In this document: positions 58,050 to 64,000 of the stretch, piece by piece
Numbering within the stretch: the stretch's first letter is position 1
How the letters are laid out: every line of letters starts with the position of its first letter
Source of the DNA: a virus
Reading direction: 5' to 3' (one strand)
Virus record (IMG/VR): IMGVR_UViG_3300044712_002679
Location: 52,406-116,405 of that record
Length of the DNA stretch: 64,000 nt
Translations under genes and position numbers: made by a program
Notes under the pieces: model-generated
The model's input: the letters and a program-made list of their open reading frames with translations, nothing else
Database searches by the model: none
Told to the model about the DNA's origin: nothing

Positions 58050-59798
58050 TTATTGAAACAAGCTAATTAAAGTGTCTTTCGACATATCAGTTAAATCTAT
58101 TTTAGCTTCATTTTTTGCAATGGTAAACCCTGCATCAATAAGAACATCTTTCAAGTTCAGATAACAATCTAAGATTGATATCGCATATGTTGTATACAAA
58201 TCTGTTATAGAATTATATGATACACGACCATTTCCGGTTCTAAATTGTGCCAATATGAACTTTTCACCTGTAAGAACCCCTAAAGATTTTTCTTTTGAAT
58301 CCATTTCCATATCGACAGTAAACAACACATTATTTGGATCAACCATATAATTTTTATGTATATTTCCAATTTTTTCAGATGCTAAAAACATCTTAAATTT
58401 TGAATTTGGTGATCCACCAAACATATTAACTTTAACAATTGATGGTGTAAATCCTTTACCTGCATAATATAATTCTGTTGCATCAGGTTCAGCATATGTC
58501 ATATCACCAGAATATATAATAGAATTTCTTTCGTTAGTATAACTTGCATTCCAACCATATTTTTTACCATCAATTGTCATTAATGATAAGTCAAGATCGT
58601 TAGCACCATCAACATTTTTCCAATTAATACCAACAATACAGTCCGTTTCACTAAAATCGAAAGATGTTCCAATTGGATAATTACCAACAAATGATTTTTC
58701 TGATGTTGGTATTGTGATATTAACACCCTTTGGAATATTAATTACACACGCTTTTTCTTTCAAAGAATCAATTAAACTTTGATAAATAATCGCATAAACT
58801 TTGCTTAAATAAGCCATGTTTATTGTATTTGTATTCTCTTTCATATACAACTTTCCATTTCGGATACCAAAACTTTTCATTTCAGTTTCTTTTAATCGAA
58901 TATTGATAGTTTGAAGCAACAATACTTTCTTAAAATTGGTAACTTTAGAAAGTTTTTCGTGTAATTTTGTTAAATCCTGTTCAAAACCTAACAACCTTTC
59001 AAAATAACCCAATTCTAATGGTTTATGATTAGTATTAGCCAACTTTCTTAATTTGTTTACACATTTATTGTTCACTTTATTTCCTTTAAAAGCCAAAAAT
59101 ATTGGTTTGAATCTGAAAAATACTTCAGATAATTTTTCATATCCAAATTTTTCAACAATCTTACTAATATCAATTTTACTATTTTTTATAGTAAAAATTG
59201 TAACTCTATCTTTGATTAATAAAGTTTTACCTGTTACATTATATACCAAAAATCTAACCATTTCAACCGGATCAGATGGTAATATACCAAGTTTTTTACA
59301 AAGAAACATTTTAGCTTCTTTATTTTTAACTTTTTCAATATCAATGGTATATTTGAATTCATCAAGTAATGTCAAAACATCTTCAATGGTTTCTTGTTTT
59401 AAGGCAATACCACTAAATAACATCTTTTCGCATCTTTCGATACATTCTTCTTGTGTTATTGGTAAAATAACCTTATATGTTGAATACTGAATCAATTCAG
59501 GTTCGTCATTAGGTATATATGGTGTACCTTCGAAATTTGTACCATATGTTGACATATAATGAAGACATTGATCAACAAACAATTCAAATCTTGTTTTGTC
59601 CGTGATATCTTTAAATGTTTTATAAAAAGTTGAATTATAATTAACTTGTTTAGTTTTCAAAAACTCAACAACCGTTTTATTAACACAACTAGGATGAATA
59701 ATATATCCAACCTTTAATGCCAATTCAATAACTTGTGCATATGTTGCACCATCGCTGTTTCTAACTAAACTTCTGTTGAATAATTTTAACTCTGTCAT
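58050..59798 (-). CDS. large protein with C-terminal TerD-like domain (tentative)
   Basis: The C-terminal 200 aa contain VDGANDLDLSLMTIDGKKYGW and IIYSGDMTYAEPDATELYY. These resemble the TerD acidic Ca-binding motifs (GDN.TGEGDGDDE) only loosely. Confidence 0.35.
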   Translation of the reverse strand: MTELKLFNRSLVRNSDGATYAQVIELALKVGYIIHPSCVNKTVVEFLKTKQVNYNSTFYKTFKDITDKTRFELFVDQCLHYMSTYGTNFEGTPYIPNDEPELIQYSTYKVILPITQEECIERCEKMLFSGIALKQETIEDVLTLLDEFKYTIDIEKVKNKEAKMFLCKKLGILPSDPVEMVRFLVYNVTGKTLLIKDRVTIFTIKNSKIDISKIVEKFGYEKLSEVFFRFKPIFLAFKGNKVNNKCVNKLRKLANTNHKPLELGYFERLLGFEQDLTKLHEKLSKVTNFKKVLLLQTINIRLKETEMKSFGIRNGKLYMKENTNTINMAYLSKVYAIIYQSLIDSLKEKACVINIPKGVNITIPTSEKSFVGNYPIGTSFDFSETDCIVGINWKNVDGANDLDLSLMTIDGKKYGWNASYTNERNSIIYSGDMTYAEPDATELYYAGKGFTPSIVKVNMFGGSPNSKFKMFLASEKIGNIHKNYMVDPNNVLFTVDMEMDSKEKSLGVLTGEKFILAQFRTGNGRVSYNSITDLYTTYAISILDCYLNLKDVLIDAGFTIAKNEAKIDLTDMSKDTLISLFQ

Positions 59799-59828
59799 AA
59801 TGTGTTTTTTGTTGTTAATTAATAAAAA

Positions 59829-60155
59829 TAAAGGCGAATAGTAACTTTTTTCATAAATTGAGTTTGTAATAGGAACTATTTATGCCTTTTTGAAAAAAGC
59901 GGATTGTAAATCACATATAAGGTTTTTATAGGAACAATCTATGCTTAATTTTCGTGACAAATATAATACTTATTTTTTAATCACCAAATTTATTGTAAAA
60001 ATTTTTTAATTTTTGTAGGAATAAAAAAGATAAAAGCGAATAGTATTTTTCCGTTGCATTGATTTGTAATAGGAACTATTTATGCCTTTATCTTAAAAAT
60101 AGCGAGTTGTATTGGTTATCTTGTAAAAGGTAAAATAGGAACAACTTATGCTATT
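59829..60155. repeat. duplicated ~115-bp intergenic unit carrying four ATAGGAAC(N5)TATGCY iteron-like sites
   Basis: Units at 59829-59945 and 60041-60155. Iteron sites at 59868-59885, 59927-59944, 60069-60086 and 60135-60152. Each unit has inverted-repeat arms aaaggcgaatagt/actatttatgccttt. Confidence 0.7.
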
Positions 60156-60223
60156 ATGTATATATAAAAATTTTTTATCAAAAAGTTTATTTTATATTGA
60201 ATAATATTTTTATATATAATTTT

Positions 60224-60742
60224 TTATTGTAATTTATCGGATAATAATCTTTTTGCTTGATCCGTGTATTGATTTTTAAATGATGCAACATATGTTAAAT
60301 CACTTAAATCTGAATCATTTATTTTAATTGATACTAATCCACGATAAAAAAATGCAGAAGGATTTTTATTGTCTTCGTATATTGCAAGATTTAATTGATA
60401 ATATGATTCAAGATAATTTCCCAATTCATATTCACATCTACCCCTCATTACACGACCGTTATACATTGATGATGCGCTAGTAAAATATATTAATGCATTT
60501 TTAAAATCCCCCGAATTAAAATATATCATACCTGCTAAGTATGCTGGTTCTGAATTCCATGCATTACAATCAAATTTTCTTGATTTTATACAATCATTTA
60601 TTGCATCATTGTAATTTTTATTGCTGTTTTTGATAATTGCTTGATTATAATAATATCGTGCAGAATCCACATTGGTTTGACAATATGTATTAAAATTGAA
60701 AACAACAATAAAAATGGATAATATTATATTTTTTGTTTTCAT
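60224..60742 (-). CDS. secreted TPR-like repeat protein
   Basis: Signal peptide MKTKNIILSIFIVVFNFNTYCQ, then TPR-like helices (YLAGMIYFNSGDFKNALIYF). Confidence 0.5.
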   Translation of the reverse strand: MKTKNIILSIFIVVFNFNTYCQTNVDSARYYYNQAIIKNSNKNYNDAINDCIKSRKFDCNAWNSEPAYLAGMIYFNSGDFKNALIYFTSASSMYNGRVMRGRCEYELGNYLESYYQLNLAIYEDNKNPSAFFYRGLVSIKINDSDLSDLTYVASFKNQYTDQAKRLLSDKLQ

Positions 60743-61089
60743 TGTATAAATATTAATTACAATACAAAGATAGCAAAAAATATAATATTATCCAAATAAA
60801 AAATCAATTATTCTGTAGCCAGGATTCTGTCATTTAAATCTCACATTTATCTAAAGTCTTTCGACTTTCCTTTCCAAAGAAAGGCGCACCAACCCGTTCT
60901 CATAAAATCGCTCACCTTCTCGAACTGTTTGGCTTGCTATCTCAGTAGTAAAAACGACTTATTAAGTCTCCTACTTTGAGCGAAATAGTCCTGAACTTCC
61001 TCTAATTTTTCAACCAGCGTAAGATCAAATAATCAATTTCATACAAAGATACAAAAAATATTTTAATATCAAAAATTTATATATAAAAT

Positions 61090-61593
61090 ATGAATACAAA
61101 ATTTATAGATTTTATTAATGAAGAATTGTCTGATGATGTAAAAGTATTAAGATTAAATTCAAAAGAAACACACAGTCTATTATTTTATGATGATAATAAA
61201 TTTAAAGATAAAACTTTACCAATTAGATTACAGTTTGTAGCACATAATAATTTTAAAGATTATATTAATAATTATTACATTATTTTAATGTTAAATGAAC
61301 TAATTATTGGAATATCAAAGATTTCTAATATTTCAAAAAATACAACAATAATAGATTTTATTAATATTGATGAAAAATATAGGCGTAATAAATTAACTAG
61401 ATTAATATTAGATACTATATTTAAAGATGCAAAAAAATATAACAAGCAAATAAGTATTACACCATATACAAAATTGGGTAAAAATCGGGTTCAACATATT
61501 TTAAAAGAATTTGCTAATAAATATAAAGTCAATTTTATAGATAGAAAATACACAGATTCAATTTATACAGATGAATATATGTCTGATATTTAA
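61090..61593 (+). CDS. hypothetical protein (weak GNAT-like motif)
   Basis: YRRNKLTRLIL resembles the GNAT motif A region; 167 aa. Confidence 0.35.
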   Translation: MNTKFIDFINEELSDDVKVLRLNSKETHSLLFYDDNKFKDKTLPIRLQFVAHNNFKDYINNYYIILMLNELIIGISKISNISKNTTIIDFINIDEKYRRNKLTRLILDTIFKDAKKYNKQISITPYTKLGKNRVQHILKEFANKYKVNFIDRKYTDSIYTDEYMSDI

Positions 61594-61871
61594 TTTTTAG
61601 ATGGTTCTATAAAATCAACTACATTACTATAAATCCCTAGATTAAAATAACCACCAGTTTCAATTTCATTTTTTAATGAATCTAAATATGTTTTAGGTTT
61701 TTCTTTAGATTTTATATAATGTTTCGAATCAAACTTATAATATGATAAAAATTCGACTAAACATTCATAAATCCCGATTTCAAATTCACCTACACCATCA
61801 GCATCCATTTTATCTAGTTTACGATCAACTATTTTTTGAAATGCTCGATATTCCAACTTTAGTTCTGTCAT
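61590..61871 (-). CDS. hypothetical protein
   Basis: 93-aa ORF. Confidence 0.4.
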   Translation of the reverse strand: MTELKLEYRAFQKIVDRKLDKMDADGVGEFEIGIYECLVEFLSYYKFDSKHYIKSKEKPKTYLDSLKNEIETGGYFNLGIYSNVVDFIEPSKN

Positions 61872-61874
61872 AAA

Positions 61875-62399
61875 TCAAATAGTAATATATTTCACAGGCA
61901 CATTATCAGTTAACCAAACATTATTTTCACTTAAATAAAATTTTATTCCATCAGCATACATTGCAGCAGAATCAATTTTCAATATGATTGGGGAATTACG
62001 TTTTGAATAACGCTTTCCAACTGAATATGCAACATCTTCTTTGTCTGTTAAATGGACATGAAGTCGATTCATTTTAGATAGTCCCGTTTTTTGAATAATC
62101 TTATAACTTTCAGGTGATGTTCCATGATAAAGTATTTTTGGTGGTCTAGCTGATTTAAGTTCAACATCAACCTTAATTGAATGACCTTGTGATGCCCTTA
62201 TCTTTGTTTTATCTTCATTATAAGCCAATCTTTTCTTGTCATTAGTATCAACAATGTGATCTAATTCTTTTTGTGTTATTTTAACTTTACTTAAAAGTGA
62301 ATTAACATCAACATATCCGTGTTTATCCATCATTAAATCTTCTGGATTGTGTCGCAATAAATACGATATGTGCTTCCCGATTTGTATATAATCTTTCAT
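61875..62399 (-). CDS. kptA: RNA 2'-phosphotransferase Tpt1/KptA
   Basis: ISYLLRHNPE...GYVDV..LL...RASQGHS...ILYHGT...GL...LHVHL is collinear with the Tpt1/KptA family over 174 aa. Confidence 0.85.
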   Translation of the reverse strand: MKDYIQIGKHISYLLRHNPEDLMMDKHGYVDVNSLLSKVKITQKELDHIVDTNDKKRLAYNEDKTKIRASQGHSIKVDVELKSARPPKILYHGTSPESYKIIQKTGLSKMNRLHVHLTDKEDVAYSVGKRYSKRNSPIILKIDSAAMYADGIKFYLSENNVWLTDNVPVKYITI

Positions 62400-62478
62400 T
62401 TTTTAATTTTTATAATTCCACAAAGATATAAACTGTTCTTTAATAAAAAAATATATGTTTATTTTTTTTTGAATTTTT

Positions 62479-63165
62479 TTAATTACACCAATCAAATCTT
62501 AATTCACCATTTGGAAATAGTGTTTGTTTTGTTTCATCGTATATTGGTTCAGGTAAATTGAATATTGGCACTAAATCCATATCACGTTTATCACTATTGT
62601 CTCGTATTACCCAATACGATATATTATTCAATCCTATTTTATTTAAGCTATTTTTTATTTTTTCTAAATCATTAACAGTAGATATCCCACCTTTAAATAG
62701 TGGTATATTTATTCTAATAACAAGATTTGTAATATTTTCAATATCTTTAAGTTTAGCCATTGTTGGTGGTAAAAATTTTGTTTTTAATGTTTTTTTTGAT
62801 TTATTTGGATCAATATTGTGTACGGTAACATATAAATGTGTAAGACCCATTTTTTTCCACTTTTTTAAATAATCTATAGAAGATTCTAACAAAATTCCAT
62901 TAGTATATAATTTTATCTTTTTAATGTTAAAATCACGAAGGGTATATAATGTTCTACTTATTTCATCTAAATGAAGTAATGGTTCACCACCACCAGAAAT
63001 AGATAATTCTTCTAATGTATCTATATTATCCTTTACGATTGTTTTTAATAATTCGAAATCAAATATCTTAGCTGTTCTATGTTGTCTTCCTGCACAAAAT
63101 GAACAATTTGCATTGCACCGTTCATTAGCAACCAAAACACCCAATTTTCTTATCCCAATTGACAT
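62479..63165 (-). CDS. radical SAM enzyme (QueE/NrdG/PFL-activase-like small class)
   Basis: CNANCSFCAG (CX3CX2C) at residues 17-24 and SGGGEPLL glycine-rich SAM motif; 228 aa. Confidence 0.7.
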   Translation of the reverse strand: MSIGIRKLGVLVANERCNANCSFCAGRQHRTAKIFDFELLKTIVKDNIDTLEELSISGGGEPLLHLDEISRTLYTLRDFNIKKIKLYTNGILLESSIDYLKKWKKMGLTHLYVTVHNIDPNKSKKTLKTKFLPPTMAKLKDIENITNLVIRINIPLFKGGISTVNDLEKIKNSLNKIGLNNISYWVIRDNSDKRDMDLVPIFNLPEPIYDETKQTLFPNGELRFDWCN

Positions 63166-64000
63166 ATAGCACCATATTTAATCCACGAATAATAAACACC
63201 ACCATCTTGTAAAACTACAAGCTGTCTAACAAAATCTTTTTTTGGATTATGTTTTGTGACATAATCCGTCAATCTAACTATTTTTCCGTAGAGGTCATAT
63301 ACACCACCACCCCATTCGTGTGAATGACAAAGTTTACCATTTTTTGCTAACCATCGCCAAATTCTATATACATTCCAACGTGATGGTGTATATTCGTTCC
63401 TTGTACCATCAGGATTTCCAACGGTCCAAGATGTTATATTATTATAACCATCACCAAATAAATGCAATAATGCTGCATTAAATTCATTTGGTTTATCAAT
63501 TCCACCCTTTCTAAGTAATATTGTTGATCTAACACCAATACCGTGTTTTTTAATATTTTGTGATATTGATTCAAATGATGGATATTTTTTGACACCATAT
63601 ACCTTTGCTTGTTCGGATACTGAATAATGATGAACCGAAACTACGATATTCGTTAATCCTAATTCTTTCCAAATTGGTAAATATTTATCACAAAAATTTG
63701 AATCACCAAATAAAATACCATTTGTAAACATATTAACATTTGGGAAATATGCACCTTGTTTAACACATTTTTGATAAACATTAAGTGCTTCTGTAATAGC
63801 ATCTGGATCACATGTTGGTTCACCTGCGGATGTCAATGATAAGCTCCATCCACCATATTTGGCTGATAATTTTATTGCAAACTCGAGATTTCTCATATTT
63901 GTTTGATGTAAAATTTCATTTTGTTGACCCCTACCTAATGTTTTTCCTGAACAAAATGAACAATTAGCATTACACGAACCATTTCCAATTACCGCAGATA
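63150..64000 (-). CDS. radical SAM enzyme, paralog of the previous, N-terminus beyond window end
   Basis: The frame stays open above the listed Met to nt 64000 and encodes ...GSCNANCSFCSGKTLG... (the same CX3CX2C), followed by SAGEPT. Confidence 0.6.
   Translation of the reverse strand, partial: SAVIGNGSCNANCSFCSGKTLGRGQQNEILHQTNMRNLEFAIKLSAKYGGWSLSLTSAGEPTCDPDAITEALNVYQKCVKQGAYFPNVNMFTNGILFGDSNFCDKYLPIWKELGLTNIVVSVHHYSVSEQAKVYGVKKYPSFESISQNIKKHGIGVRSTILLRKGGIDKPNEFNAALLHLFGDGYNNITSWTVGNPDGTRNEYTPSRWNVYRIWRWLAKNGKLCHSHEWGGGVYDLYGKIVRLTDYVTKHNPKKDFVRQLVVLQDGGVYYSWIKYGAICQLG

Noticed and set aside
59799-60223. CRISPR array
   Set aside because: The repeated units are about 115 bp, only two copies exist, the short 18-bp sites are not identical, and spacing is irregular. 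This matches iterons or duplicated regulatory units, not a CRISPR repeat-spacer structure.
1-64000. Alternative genetic code (TAG recoded to an amino acid, as in recoded crAss-like or Lak phages) suggested by the CUA tRNA
   Set aside because: At least seven well-supported genes terminate in TAG, two of them with tandem TAG-TAG. The long ORFs (1276, 782, 676, 582, 578 and 560 aa) are uninterrupted under the standard code. The tRNA is therefore treated as a suppressor acting on selected sites, not as evidence of global recoding. TGA recoding (code 4) is rejected for the same reason.
1-64000. Eukaryotic giant-virus (NCLDV) origin suggested by AT-richness, UXS, prohibitin-like, NUDIX, thioredoxin and LAGLIDADG genes
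   Set aside because: Rho-independent terminators with T-runs, bacterial lipoprotein signals, ATGA/TAATG translational coupling and a TerL-like ATPase fit a bacteriophage better. No NCLDV promoter motif (AAAATTGA) is enriched upstream of genes.

Overview
This window is a very AT-rich, densely packed stretch of double-stranded DNA bacteriophage genome, about 90 genes on both strands with short gaps or overlaps between them. I read it as prokaryotic phage rather than eukaryotic giant virus. Genes overlap in ATGA/TAATG arrangements. There are classic intrinsic terminators (GC stem followed by a T-run). Several proteins carry lipobox and signal-peptidase I type signals. There is also an embedded tRNA gene. 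The signal-peptide types suggest a Gram-negative, possibly Bacteroidota-like host. The genetic code looks standard: TAA is the usual stop, TGA and TAG are also used, and the long ORFs are intact.

Proteins I can recognise from sequence motifs:
- UDP-glucuronate decarboxylase (UXS).
- An SPFH/band-7 lipoprotein.
- A GT-B glycosyltransferase-like protein.
- A TPM-domain protein resembling YgcG.
- Three radical-SAM enzymes.
- A NUDIX hydrolase.
- A two-motif 2H phosphoesterase (LigT/Acb1-like).
- A 1276-aa multi-pass repeat membrane protein, possibly a tape measure.
- A Rad50/SbcC-like ATPase.
- A Pol-beta-family nucleotidyltransferase.
- An AEP-primase-like protein.
- A frameshifted LAGLIDADG homing endonuclease.
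- Two HNH endonucleases.
- A terminase-large-subunit-like ATPase-only protein beside an HNH endonuclease.
- Thioredoxin.
- Tpt1/KptA RNA 2'-phosphotransferase and a second Tpt1-like half-domain.
- A glutathionylspermidine-synthase-like ATP-grasp protein.

The three most notable observations:
- A co-oriented operon at about 50.6-59.8 kb that resembles a TerY-P triad (vWA, PP2C phosphatase, Ser/Thr kinase). It also carries an isochorismatase/nicotinamidase, a TerD-like protein, an HExxH protein and an ATP-grasp amidoligase.
- A tRNA at 48679-48749 whose anticodon is CUA, i.e. an amber-suppressor type.
- A PTH2 peptidyl-tRNA hydrolase gene 1.3 kb away whose only Shine-Dalgarno-served ATG is followed by an in-frame TAG at codon 3.

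Other features are a five-member paralogous small-protein family with a conserved 3'-terminal DNA/peptide element (KKYNIL), iteron-like intergenic repeats, a GC-elevated ORF-free island, and several repeat-rich membrane proteins.
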